This document shows positions 10,864-21,965 of a stretch of DNA of 38,052 nt, one piece after another. The number at the start of each line of letters is the position of its first letter. The first letter of the stretch is position 1. The notes below the pieces were generated by a model. The model had not been told where the DNA came from, ran no database searches, and saw nothing but the letters and a program-made list of their open reading frames with translations. Both the position numbers and the translations under genes were made by a program. The DNA is from Chiloscyllium plagiosum (lineage: Eukaryota), in the NCBI RefSeq assembly GCF_004010195.1, contig NC_057718.1:9091664-9129715 (forward strand), written 5' to 3'.

Positions 10864-12782
10864 TTAGTGAGCACTTTGGGGACAGTGACCACAATTCGGT
10901 GACTTTTACTCTAGTGATGGAGAGGGATAAGTGTGCACTGCAGGGCAAGAGTTATAGCTAGGGGCAGGGAAATTATGATGCGGTGAGGCACGACTTAGGA
11001 TGCGTGGTTTGGAAAAGTAGGCTTCAAAGGAAGGGCGTAATTGATATGTGGAGCTTGATCAAGGAGCAAATATTGAGTGTCCTTGATAAGTATGTACCTG
11101 TCAGGCAGGGAGGAACGGGTCGTGTGAGGGATCCGTGGTTTAATAAGGAATTGGAATCCCTTGTTAAATGGAAGAGGGCGGCCTATGTAAAGATGAGGCG
11201 TGAAGGTTCAATTGGGGCGATTGAGAGTTATAAGGTAGCCAGGAAGGATCTGAAGAGAGAGCTAAGAGCAGCAAGGAGGGGACATGAAAAGTCCTTAGTT
11301 GGTAGGATTAGGGAAAACCCAAAGGTATGTCAGGAATAAAAGAATGACTAGAGTAGGAATAGGTCCAGTCAAGGATAGTTGTGGGAAGTTGCGTGTGGAG
11401 GCTGAAGAGATTGGGGAGACACTGAGTGAATACTTTTCGTCAGTATTCAATCAGGAACAGGACATTGTTGCCGATGTGAATACTGAGTCACAATTAAGTA
11501 GAATGGACGGTTTTGAGGTATGTAGGGAAGAGGTGTTAGAAATTCTGGAAAGGGTGAAAATAGATAAGTCCCCTGGGCCTGATGGCATTTATCCTAGGAT
11601 TCTCTGGGAAGCAAGGGAGGAGATTGCAGAGCCATTGACCTTGATTTTTATGTCCTCGTTGTCTACAGGAATAATGCCAGTAGACTGGAGGATAGCAAAT
11701 GTGGTACCCTTGTTCAANNNNNNNNNNNNNNNNNNNNNNNNNNNNNNNNNNNNNNNNNNNNNNNNNNNNNNNNNNNNNNNNNNNNNNNNNNNNNNNNNNN
11801 NNNNNNNNNNNNNNNNNNNNNNNNNNNNNNNNNNNNNNNNNNNNNNNNNNNNNNNNNNNNNNNNNNNNNNNNNNNNNNNNNNNNNNNNNNNNNNNNNNNN
11901 NNNNNNNNNNNNNNNNNNNNNNNNNNNNNNNNNNNNNNNNNNNNNNNNNNNNNNNNNNNNNNNNNNTGCAGAGCTGAGCAGAAAGGTGGCAAATGGCGTT
12001 CAATGTAGGTAAGTGTGAGGTGATTCACTTTGGTAAGAGTAACAAAAAGATGGGGTACTGGGTTAATGGTCGGATACTTGGTAGTGTGGATGAGCAGAGG
12101 GATCTTGGTGTCCATGTACACAGATCTCTGAAAGTTGCCACCCAGGTAAATAGTGCGGTGAAGAAGGCATATGGTGTACTGGCTTTTATTGGTAGAGGAA
12201 TTGAGTTCCGGAGTCCTGAGGTCATGTTGCAGTTGTATAAGACACTGGTGCTGCCGCATCTGGAGTATTGTGTGCAGTTTTGGTCGCCATACTATAGGAA
12301 GGAAGTGGAGGCACTGGATCGGGTGCAGAGGAGGTTTACCAGAATGTTGCCTGGAATGATAGGAAGATCATATGAGGAAAGGCTGAGGCACTTGGGGCTG
12401 TTTTCATTGGAGAAAAGAAGGTGTAGGGGTGACTTGATAGAGCTGTACAAGATGATTAGGGGTTTAGATAGGGTTAGACCATGAGAACCTTTTTCCACGT
12501 ATGGAGTCAGCTATTACGAGGGGGCATAGCTTTAAATTAAGGGGAGGTAGGTATAGGACAGATGTTAGGGGTAGATTCTTTACTCAGCGAGTCGTGAGTT
12601 CATGGAATGCCCTGCCAGTAGCAGTGGTGGACTCTCCCTCTTTATGGGCATTTAAACGGGCATTGGATAGGCATATGGAGGATAGTGGGCTAGTGTAGGT
12701 TAGGTGGGCTTGGATCGGCGCAACATCGAGGGCCAAAGGGCCTGTACTGTGCTGTATTCTTCTATGTTCTATGTTCTATGTT
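10864..12782 (+). mobile_element. Young CR1-clade LINE, 5'-truncated, spanning an assembly gap
   Basis: ORFs with DKSPGPDGIYPRIL, DWRIANVVPLF, HLEYCVQFWSPYYRK; (ttctatg)n tail. Confidence 0.95.
11718..11966. other. Assembly gap (249 N)
   Basis: Run of N. Confidence 1.
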
Positions 12783-13199
12783 ATTTATTTTTAGAGCACA
12801 GCATTTAAGGATTGAGATCCCCAGCACATACGTATGGGCCTACTCTGCTAAGGTCGGAATGATTTGCCAGAGGATTACCGAAACAAGAGCAGCTGCACAT
12901 TAAACAGAAATCCTTCCCAGTGCAACAGAGTGCAATCATTCTGCAGAGCTGTCTCTTGATGTTATTGGCAGGGATCATCATTGACAGGGAATCCTCTCTA
13001 TCCAAGCAGAATGTTAAACCTCGATGTCCAACAGTGTGGAGTGATCCTCCAGCCACCCCATCCTCAGATGGAAGGAGTCTGCCTGTTGTGAAGGCGATTT
13101 CCAAAATCGTTCATTCAATCCAAGTGACACTGGGGAAGCATTGGGAAGACTGGGCCCAGCCTCATAGTGGTACAGCAGGAGATGTTCTGCTGTTCAACT

Positions 13200-13405
13200 G
13201 TTGGGAAAATATACAGACTGATTTGCAATGCCAGGTGACACCAATAACATGGGTTCAATTCCCGCATTGGCTGAGAAGGACTCTCCTTCTCAACCTCTCC
13301 CCCCACCTGAGGCACGGTCACTCTCAGGTTAAACCACCACTGGCCATCTTTCTCTAATGAGAGACCATCCCGACAATCCTGTAAGACTATGGCGACTTGA
13401 CCTTT
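13200..13405 (+). mobile_element. SINE family C
   Basis: gggttcaattcccgcattggctgag...caggttaaaccaccac...ctctaatgagag; homologous to 3121-3311. Confidence 0.7.
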
Positions 13406-13442
13406 TATCTTATCACAGAGTTGCCTGATTGGGGCAGTGCTC

Positions 13443-13956
13443 AGAGTCATAGAGATGTGCAGCATTGTAACAGACACTTCGGTCCAACGCGTCCATACTG
13501 ACCAGATATCCTAAATTAATCTAGTCCCATTTGCCAGCACTTGGCCCATATCCCTCCAAACACTCCCTATTCATATATCCATCCAAATGTCTTTTCAATG
13601 TTGAAATTGTACCAGCCTCCACCACTTCCTCTGGCAGCTCATTCCATACACGTACCACTCTCTGCGTGTAACAGTTGCCCCTCAGGTCCATTTTAAATCT
13701 TTCCCCTCTCACCCTAAACCCATGCCCTCTAGTTCTGGACTCCCCCACCCCAAGGAAAAGACCTTGTCTATTTATCCTATCCATGTCCCTCATGATTTTA
13801 AAAACCTCTGTAAGGTCACCCCTCAGCCTCCGATGCTCCAGGGAATACAGCCCCAGCCTGTTCAGCCTCTCCCTATACCTCAAACCCTCCAACCCTGGCA
13901 ACATCCTCATAAATATTTCCTGAATCCTTTCAAGTTTCACAACATCCTTTATCTGT
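13443..13956 (-). mobile_element. CR1/HER1-like LINE 3' fragment
   Basis: ORF 13521-13988 DVVKLERIQ...RRLRGDLTEVFKIMR...WNELPEEVV. Confidence 0.92.
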
Positions 13957-14259
13957 AAGTTGTTGTAATGCTCTGTTCTCCAACACAAAGATCAGCGAAG
14001 AGCTGATTTTGAGCTCATAGTAACTTTTCTCGTAGGCTGCCTCTTGTGGGCAATGTTACAGCAACCATGACCCCAGCAGAGCAGGAATAACTGAGCGGCA
14101 CCAGTAAGTGTGGACGCATCTCCCTTGAAAATATCCTGGGTTACGTAACAACATTTTTACAAATTAAAGGGTCAGTTCCTTATCAAAATATCCTTGGCAA
14201 GCCTTTATTTGCACTAACATCAAGGAGTGAAAGCTTTCATAATTAAATGCAAAGTTGTG

Positions 14260-14868
14260 TCTTCATTCTCTCTTTCCCCACCCTTTATACCCCACACTCC
14301 AGATCCTGCTATGATGTGGAGTGCTTCCAGCCATTCACAGTCCCCAATATCATTTATCCAGCTTCCCCTCTCCAGTGCCACTAATAACTCATTGTCAGCC
14401 ACTAACGGTCCTCATTGGCAGCTACTGACTCTCCCAGACTGACTATTACCCATTCACTTCAAGATTAGAGTGGTGCTGGAAAAGCACAGCAGGTCAGGCA
14501 GCATTCGAGGAGCAGGAAAATCGACGTTTCGGGCAAAACGGCGATTTCCCTGCTCCTCGGATGCTGCCTGACCTGCAGTGCTTTTCCAGCACCACTCTAA
14601 TCTTGACTCTAATCTTCAGCATCTGCAGTACCCACTTCCACCCAGTTGATATTACCCATTCATTTGTCTGGCCAACTGCTGTTCTCTCTGTCTGGGCTCT
14701 ACCTCCTCCTATCGTTTACTCCGCCCCCTCTTCAGCACATATTCCAACCATTTCCCAGCCGCAATCAGTTCTGAGGAAGGGTCACTGGACCCAAAACCTT
14801 AACTCTGCTCTCTCTCTACAGATGCTACCATACCTGCTGAGTTTCTCCCAACAATTTCTGATTTTATG
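14260..14868 (+). mobile_element. Penelope-like element 3' terminal region (family C) with a degenerate hammerhead at 14767-14804; split by a hairpin insertion
   Basis: Pyrimidine-rich pLTR ending agtt-ctgagga-a-gggtc actg gaccc-aaaacctt-aact...cagatgctaccatacctgctgagttt. Confidence 0.7.
14460..14649. mobile_element. Penelope-terminus hairpin insertion (family B)
   Basis: About 70-bp inverted arms (caagattagagtggtgctgg.../...ccagcaccactctaatcttg), 44-nt tail, TSD tattacccattca (14444-14456, 14650-14662). Confidence 0.85.
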
Positions 14869-14939
14869 ACTTCCCCCACCCAGAGTTTGTCATCACTTTC
14901 CCTGTTCCATTGTGCAGTCCCAGTACCTCAAGCTTCAAA

Positions 14940-15052
14940 AGAAATGAAGTTGCATTTATATAGTGACTTTCACAATGTCAGGATGATGGACATCGCCTGC
15001 TTTACCTCAACAGCTGCAAAATCAACTCGCAATTAAACACCGTTGTTGTAAT
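14940..15052 (-). mobile_element. Deu-SINE/L2-type 3' tail remnant
   Basis: ttgcatttatatagtgactttcacaat...gttgttgtaat; similar remnant at 21495-21612. Confidence 0.5.
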
Positions 15053-15053
15053 A

Positions 15054-15531
15054 TAGAACATAGAACATAGAAGAATACAGCGCAGTACAGGCCCTTCGGC
15101 CCTCGATGTTGCGCCGATCCAAGCCCACCTAACCTACACTAGCCCACTATCCTCCATATGCCTCGCCAATGCCGGTTTAAATGCCCATAATGAGGGAGAG
15201 TCCACCACTGCTACTGGCAGGGCATTCCATGAACTCACGACTCGCTGAGTAAAGAACCTACCCCTAACATCGGTCCTGTACCTACCTCCCCTTAATTTAA
15301 AGCTATGCCCCCTCGTAATAGCTGACTCCATACGTGGAAAAAGATTCTCACTGTCAACCCTATCTAAACCCCTAATCATCTTGTACACCTCTATCAAGTC
15401 ACCCCTAAACCTTCTTTTCTCCAATGAAAACAACCCCAGGTGCCTCAGCCTTTCCTCATACGATCTTCCTACCATACCAGGCAACATCCTGGTAAACCTC
15501 CTCTGCACCCATTCCAGTGCCTCCACATCCT
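15054..15531 (-). mobile_element. Young CR1 3' fragment, same subfamily as 10864-12782
   Basis: ORF 15134-15565 nearly identical to 12300-12698; (atagaac)n tail. Confidence 0.95.
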
Positions 15532-15696
15532 TCAAAGCAATGGCACTGCAGAAATGATCAGACATAATTTGATGAAAGACATATCGATTTATTTCACAGT
15601 TGTTCCTGTCAAGGTCAGTATCTGTTGCTTAACCCATATCATACTTAAACTCAGTGCTTTGCTGCACCCACCATTTTCAAGATGTTAATAAGAAAA

Positions 15697-15820
15697 TGAT
15701 TTGGAGGTGCCGGTATTGGACTGGGGTGTACAAAGTTAAAAATCACGCGACACCAGGTTATAGTCCAACAGGTTTATTTGGAAGCACTAGGTGTCGGTGC
15801 GCTGCTCCTTCATCAGGTGG
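15697..15820 (-). mobile_element. Penelope terminus family A, single arm, mutated hammerhead
   Basis: tgatttggaggtgccgg...caggtttatttggaagcactag...gctccttcatcaggtg. Confidence 0.8.
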
Positions 15821-16127
15821 AGACAGGGTAGATAAAGATAAACTATTTCCACCAATCGGGGATTCTAGAACGAAGGGGGAGTAGCTGAGGAATTAGAGCC
15901 AGGTCATTCAAGAGAGACCTTTGGAAGCTCTTCTACACTGAAAGGGTGGTAGAGGTTTAGAATTCTCTTCCACAAACGGCAGTGAATGTCAGATAAGCTG
16001 TTAGTTTTGAATCTGAGACACATAATCTTTTGTTAAGCAAAGGTATTTAGTGATATGGGTCGACAGCAGGTATATGGAATAGACTTGAGGGGCTGAATGG
16101 CCTATTCCTATCCCTTCATTCCTATGT
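15821..16127 (+). mobile_element. CR1 3' fragment
   Basis: DRVDKDKLFP..GDSRT motif and 3'UTR gaggggctgaatggcctattcct. Confidence 0.8.
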
Positions 16128-16199
16128 ACCATGGGGAGGTTTGCACCTACATTCCCACATTAGCCTGGAGGACTGCTGGATTACTGCTTGAGTTATCTT

Positions 16200-16600
16200 A
16201 ATGAAAGAACACCAGCAGATGTTGTGAAAAAAGCTTGATGAAGGTCGGAAGCTTTATGAAGCATCTTGGAAGAGGTAGAAGGACGGAGAGGCTGAGGGAG
16301 AGAATTCCGAAGTTCAGCCAGCTGAAGATGGAAATTGGAGAAGCTCAGAAAAACCAGGCTGGCAGGAATTAAATGAACTCAGATTGTCGTAATGATAGAG
16401 GAAGTTACAGGGATAAGGAGGTACTGAGGACATGGAAGAATTGAAACACAGGGATAAGACGTTTAACATTGAGATGTCCTTATGAGAACACCTGTGTAGG
16501 TAAGTGAGCACAAGGTGAATGGATGAATAGGATAAAGTGAGAGTTAAGATTCAGATCAGTTCTGTTTCACTGAGGCTGGAGGTTTCATGGCTAACCAGGT
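16200..16600 (-). mobile_element. Old L2-clade LINE fragment
   Basis: gagggagagaattccg...gaggaagttacagggataagga...gtaggtaagtgagcacaag. Confidence 0.55.
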
Positions 16601-16754
16601 GGGATTGAGCTTCTTGAACTTAATGTTTAATCCATGATGTTCACTCCATTAGGACTTAATATCCTTTCTATAATAAAATAATACTCTTACCTAACCTTTC
16701 CCTTCTTCAAATATTTAATTATCTAGTTCACTTTTATGTTTTAGATACTTCTTA

Positions 16755-16852
16755 ACTAACCTGTTCTTACACACCTCTGGAATACGTGGGACTTAAACCC
16801 AGGCCTCCTGGCTGAGAGAGAGAGAGACACTACAACTGTGACACAAATACCC
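16755..16852 (-). mobile_element. Very short tRNA-derived SINE ('family D')
   Basis: Minus strand tgtgtcacagttgtagtgtctc...cctgggtttaagtcccac...ccagaggtgtgt; homologous to 32325-32442. Confidence 0.6.
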
Positions 16853-17089
16853 TTCAGAGCAATAACCTGGTAATCTGGATTCTTACGCCAGTAATATAAC
16901 CACAAAGCCATTAATTTCCTGGAGCGCTTCCTATGTTTGACCCTCAGCATAAATCCTCAATGTGCCCTGACCGTTGTCAGGTCACACACTCTTGCCTCCA
17001 TATACCTCCACAATGCTCCAATTGCTTACGGTTTCATCCCTTTACAGAATGAGACTGTCACTGCCTGGGCCTGCGGTTAATCCCACTCC

Positions 17090-17420
17090 ACAGCGAGGCA
17101 ATCTCTCGGCGGCCTGTGGCGTCTTTCGGCCCAGCGTGGCTTCAGCGTGGACTTCCTGCCTCAAGGTGATTCAGGCCTGGAGCAGGCTGGAGGCGAGGTG
17201 CTGGTGTGGACTGGGTTGGAAGGACTGCTAACCTGAACTTATGATTTCTCTATCTTTTTAATTTACTCTTACAATCTGTAATGCTGGACTTTTTATTTCT
17301 TTGCTTTTCCAATTTTTTTTCCTGACCTGAAGAATCTGCACCTAGGTACCCTGTATCTAAGATGGGCGCTGTAAGTGGTGACTTGTACACTTTTCAATTT
17401 CAGCACGTGACAATAAAACA
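17090..17420 (+). mobile_element. Unclassified interspersed repeat with a Rex1-like 3' tail
   Basis: GC-rich 5' part, T-rich middle, ends acttttca...cacgtgacaataaa like the 28490-28535 tail. Confidence 0.45.
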
Positions 17421-17529
17421 ATTTCCGTTCCATCTGTCCTTGAGGAGATGATAGTGAGCTGCCCCCACAATACAACAGAGCGTCCCACTGGGCTACAGTA
17501 TTAGGCTTAAAAATGACACCTCCAAAGCA

Positions 17530-17733
17530 TGACTTGGAGGTGCCAGTGTTGGACTGGGCTGGACAAAGTTAAAAATCACACAACACCAGGTATAGTCCAA
17601 CAGATTTATTTGGAAGCACTGGCTTTCAGAATGTTGCTCCTTCACAACCACCTGATGAAGGAGTGGCACTCTGAAAGCTAGCGCTCCCAAATAAACCTGT
17701 TGGACTACAACCTGGTGTTGCGTGAGCTTTAAC
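17530..17733. mobile_element. Penelope-terminus hairpin (family A), plus-strand hammerhead at 17649-17683
   Basis: Inverted arms gttaaaaatcacacaacaccagg.../...cctggtgttgcgtgagctttaac. Confidence 0.85.
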
Positions 17734-17799
17734 CCTAAAGCAGATTGTTAAGGGTCTCATTGTTAATAGTTAACTGACCACAGCAAAAAGTAATTGAAG

Positions 17800-17935
17800 G
17801 AAAATACATAAAAAACAAAAATAGTGTGAACATAGGATGCAGATGCTGGAACCTGTACTGAAAACAATAAATGCTGGAGGTCACGCGGGTCAGACACCAT
17901 CCATGGAGAGAGAGCAAGATAACGTTTCGAGCAGT
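17800..17935 (-). mobile_element. Penelope-terminus fragment (related family)
   Basis: gcagatgctggaacctgtactgaaaac...gagagagcaagataacgtttcga. Confidence 0.55.
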
Positions 17936-18202
17936 AAAAGTAGCCAGTTTTGACTGCAAGGTAACTGCAATGAGTTGGGTTGGGCACACACTGTTTCGTG
18001 TGACACCTGGAGCTGTTATTTGCACAAAGGAATGCTTGGGAAAAGTGCTCAGTGATTGCACTGCAGTGCATAATATTAGATTCTGAATAGTAGTAATAGT
18101 GCGGACCTCCCCCCAGCTCATGAAACCATTGCCGTGGAAACTGAGATAGAGCTCCAAGTGCTGCCCATTACCCTGGAGTCCCCATGGACAGAAGGCATTG
18201 AG

Positions 18203-18342
18203 AGTCATAAGACCATAAAACACAGGAGCAGAAATTAGGCCATTCAGCCCACCGAGTCTACTCTGCCATTCAATCATGGCTGATAAGTTTCTTATCCCCA
18301 TTCTCCCACTTTCTCCCCGTAACCCTTGATCCCTTTGACACT
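18203..18342 (-). mobile_element. CR1 3'UTR fragment
   Basis: cataagaccataa...ggagcagaaattaggccattcagccc; reverse complement of 7055-7192. Confidence 0.85.
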
Positions 18343-18469
18343 TGCCATTTGTTGAATATGCCTCAAGTACTTTAAGCGAATAGATTCACTTCATCTCAAG
18401 TAGATGAAGCCAACACATTTGCTTTATATTGAAGCAAGTGTTTTCCTGTATTAATTTTGATCGAGATCA

Positions 18470-18590
18470 GTAGTCACATGACATCAAGTTATAGTCAAGT
18501 GGCGAAAGGGCCTTGATTGGAGTGTAACCTGGTGTCATGTGACTTCTGACCTTGTCCACCTCAGTCCAACACTGGCACCTCCACATCATT
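18470..18590. mobile_element. Degenerate family A Penelope hairpin
   Basis: gtcacatgacatcaagttatagtc / tgtaacctggtgtcatgtgac plus tail cagtccaacactggcacctcc. Confidence 0.6.
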
Positions 18591-18644
18591 TTGATTGGAG
18601 CTTAAAGGATCTGATTGGCACTTTCAGCCTAACAATGCATGGGC

Positions 18645-18890
18645 CATCCCAGAGTCAATCACATTGCTGTGGGTCTGGAATCATATATAGGCCAGACCAG
18701 GTTGGGTTGGCAGATTTCCTTTCCAAAGGGCATTAGTAAACCAGATGGCTCCTTTACGATAATCTAGTAGTTTTAAAATCATGGTTATTGAAACCAGCTT
18801 TCCCTATCCAGATACGTTCACTGAGCTGAAATCTCCCTGTGATGGGGCTTGAACCCCAGGTCACTAGTCTAGAAACATAAGAACTGTACC
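18645..18890 (-). mobile_element. Degenerate SINE family B
   Basis: agagtcaatcacattgctgtgggtctgga...cattagtaaaccagatgg. Confidence 0.7.
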
Positions 18891-19539
18891 AAATCACACA
18901 GCAGTAAGCCCTCCCTCAGTGACTGCAGGGAATCGGGGCAGAGTGTACCCACTTTCTCATATACAGCTGTGTGCCCATTCTCAGAGCTGGTTAAGATTCC
19001 AGATCATCAGAAGTCATGCGTGGCAACAGTTCACGAACATTTTGACAAACAACGCTCCCAGCAACCTTGTCGTATTGTGATTACAATAACAAATCAGAGA
19101 GCTCTTCGGATGACAGCAGCACAGAGCCAGCAGGACTTTGCACTCAGCACTTCTTCCTGGTTTATTTATAGCAGCTGTTGACAATTTTTTTCCACGTAAA
19201 CAGTGAACATTAAAAGGAGTGATACGAAACAGATGACATCCCCAGTTCGCTCAGACCATGAAGCTTTAAATAACCCCGTGTTTACAATTCATGCTTAGGT
19301 GCGCGCTCGTCATGGGCTGTCGTCGTTTCTGGGGATGTGTTACCTCTAATTTTGTCCACCTCTCCATAAATAAAGTTGGGCTTTTTTCATCAGGTCTGTG
19401 TGCTCCTCATGGAGTTGAGTGATCTTGCTGTGTGATTCCAGTCAGCTTCCAGCACCTTGCCAAAAGGCTGTTTGTCACATAACAACATTACATACTCATG
19501 TTGAGAACTTACTCAACCATACTATCCTGTCCCTCCCTG

Positions 19540-19912
19540 GTGCACTCACACTCTCACACTCAATTACACACCCAGGTACTCACATTCACCCTCACACACT
19601 CACATATTAACACATTCATCCACAAACTCACTCTCATTCACCCTCACACTCACACACATTCACTCACACACACGTACACGCTCACTCATTCACATATTCA
19701 CACTCACTCACTGACTCATATTCACACACTCACACTCACTCACATCCATATACACTCACTCATCTTCACTCTCTCTCTCACTCACTCTCACTCACACTCA
19801 CTCTCACACTCATTCACACTCACATTCACATACTCACACTCAGATTGTCACACACACACTTGATCACACACACTCACTTGATCACACACATACTCACAAA
19901 CATATGAACACA
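19540..19912. repeat. Compound (CA)/(CACT)n microsatellite
   Basis: cactcacactctcacac... low-complexity tract. Confidence 0.92.
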
Positions 19913-20843
19913 GAGTCATAGAGTCACAGAACACGTGAACAAGGAACAAAGGTAGGCCATTCGGCCCTTCGAGCCTGCTCCCCCAATCAATAAGTTCGAG
20001 GCTGATAGATTTTAACCTCAAGTCTATATTCCTGCATCTCCCCGGTAATGTTTCATCACCCTTGATAACCAAGAATCTATCTCCCTCTGCCTTAAAAACA
20101 TTAAAGGATTCTACATGTACTGCCATTTGAGGAAGGGAATTCCAAAGACTTACAACCGTCTGAGAGAAATATCATTTCTCTCATCTCTGTCTTGAATGGG
20201 CGCACCTGTTTTTTTTTAAACTGTAAGCCCTAGTTCTGGATTGTCCCACTAGTGGATCCATCCTTTCCACAACCACATCCGTTCCATTCCCCTCAGGGTC
20301 TATATCTTTCACTTAAGTCACCTTTGACTATTCTTAACTCCAGAGGATACAGGCCTCGCTTGTCCAACCTTTCCTCAGAAAGCAATCCATTCATTCCAGG
20401 TATTAATCCAACAAGCCTTCTCTGAATTGCAAACAAATGTATTAACATCCTCCTGTAAGTACCGTAACCTGTACCATACTCCGTAATCCAGATGCAGTCT
20501 CACCAATACTCTGTATAATTGAAGCATAACATCCATGATCTTACATTTGATTCCCCTCACAATTAACAGAATGATCTATTAGTTTTCCTGATTACTTGCT
20601 GTCCCTGAAGATTAACCCTCTGTGATTCATGTACTAGGACACCCAGATCCCCCTGCGTCTGAGAGTTCCACAACCTTTCATCATTTGAATAATATACTTT
20701 TTTATTCTTTCTGTCAAAATGGACCATTTCATGTTCCCCCACATTGTAACCTATGTGCCAGATCTTTGCCCATTCACTTATCCTATGTATATCCCTTTGG
20801 AGGCACCTTATGTCCTCCTCACAGCTCACTTTCCTACCTCGCA
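19912..20843 (-). mobile_element. Old CR1 3' fragment
   Basis: Minus-strand ORFs LQRDIHRISEWAKIW, LVRLHLDYGVWY; (agagtcat) tail. Confidence 0.88.
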
Positions 20844-20899
20844 TTGTTTCGTAGTTACCGGCTCATCAATGGTATAGATAAAATTCTATGAAATAAATC

Positions 20900-21417
20900 A
20901 ACCCCAGGGCCTCCAAAAGCTATCAACCAGATACAAGTTAGGAGTATAATGTAATGCTGGATGAGTGCAGTTCCAATAAGATCGCAAGAAGCTCAACACC
21001 ATCCAGTGAAAGGCCAGTTCAATTGACACTCCACCCATCAATTTAAACATTCACTCCCTCCAACACTAACACAAGGTGGTAGCAAGATGTACCATCTGGA
21101 AAATGCAGTGGAGGAAGTCGCCAAAGTTTATTAGACAGCACGTTCCAACCCTGCAACCTCTCCCACCTAGAGGGACAATGGCAGCAAATTCACAGGAGTA
21201 CCACCATCTGCAAATTTCTTTCCAAGTCAAACATTGTAGCTGGGTCAAAATCCAGGAACTCCCTTTCCAGTGGAACTATGGGTATACCTACTGCCCATGG
21301 TTTGCCATGGTTTAAGATGGCAGCTCATGACCACCTTCTGAAGGGCAATTAGGAATGGCAATAAATGCTGTCCAGTTAATGACAGCCACTTTTTCACAAA
21401 TGAATTTGTTAAAAATG
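20900..21417 (+). mobile_element. LINE 3' fragment, putative partner of SINE family B
   Basis: Decayed ORF end (CTIWKMQ..., WVKIQELP) and tail gggcaattaggaatggcaataaatgct. Confidence 0.7.
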
Positions 21418-21612
21418 AAATAAGAAATATTAAAGAAATATACTTTTCGCCCACACAACTGGGTCTCTTGCATGACGCATTGCATTGATAAATAGAAAGG
21501 AATGACTTTTCATTTATACATCATCTGTCACAATCTCAAGAAGTCCAAATGGGCTTCACAACCAATGAAGCTGGTTTATTTGAAAATAATTTTTCGCTGT
21601 TATTAAGTATAT

Positions 21613-21965
21613 GGAGTCGTGATGACCTGGTTGCATTATCACCAGGCAATTAGTCCAGAGACCTAGGTAATGTTCTGGGTATCCAGGTTTGAATCCTGCC
21701 ATGGTAGATGGTGGAATTTGAAGTCAACATAAATCTGGAATTAAGAGTCGAATGATACCACGAGTGGATTGTCAGGGAAAGGCCCATCTGGGTCATTAAT
21801 GTCCTTTAGGAAAGGAAACTGCCATCCTCACCTGATCTGGCCTACATGTAACTCCAGATGTGACTGCAGACCCACAGCATTGTGGTTGACTCTTAACTGC
21901 CCTCTTGTCAATTAGGGATGGGCAATAAATGCTGGGCCTAGCCAGCGATACTCTCATCCCGTGAC
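21613..21965 (+). mobile_element. SINE family B
   Basis: Head with ggtttgaatcc box B; body and tail match the other copies. Confidence 0.85.

Noticed and set aside
11299..12259. Long ORFs containing X runs
   Set aside because: Artefacts of translating through the N gap within a CR1
12920..13357. 145-aa ORF with a hydrophobic N-terminus
   Set aside because: GTG start, runs into SINE family C, no recognisable domain or splice support
17660..17672. Apparent compensatory U-A pair in hammerhead stem II (GGAGT ggc ACTCT)
   Set aside because: Explained equally well by CpG decay of GGAGCGGCGCTCCG, so it is not counted as covariation
17735..18301. 188-aa minus-strand ORF
   Set aside because: Begins in a CR1 3'UTR and crosses a Penelope terminus; a chance ORF
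19498..19863. His/Thr-rich 121-aa ORF
   Set aside because: Translation of a (CA)/(CACT) microsatellite
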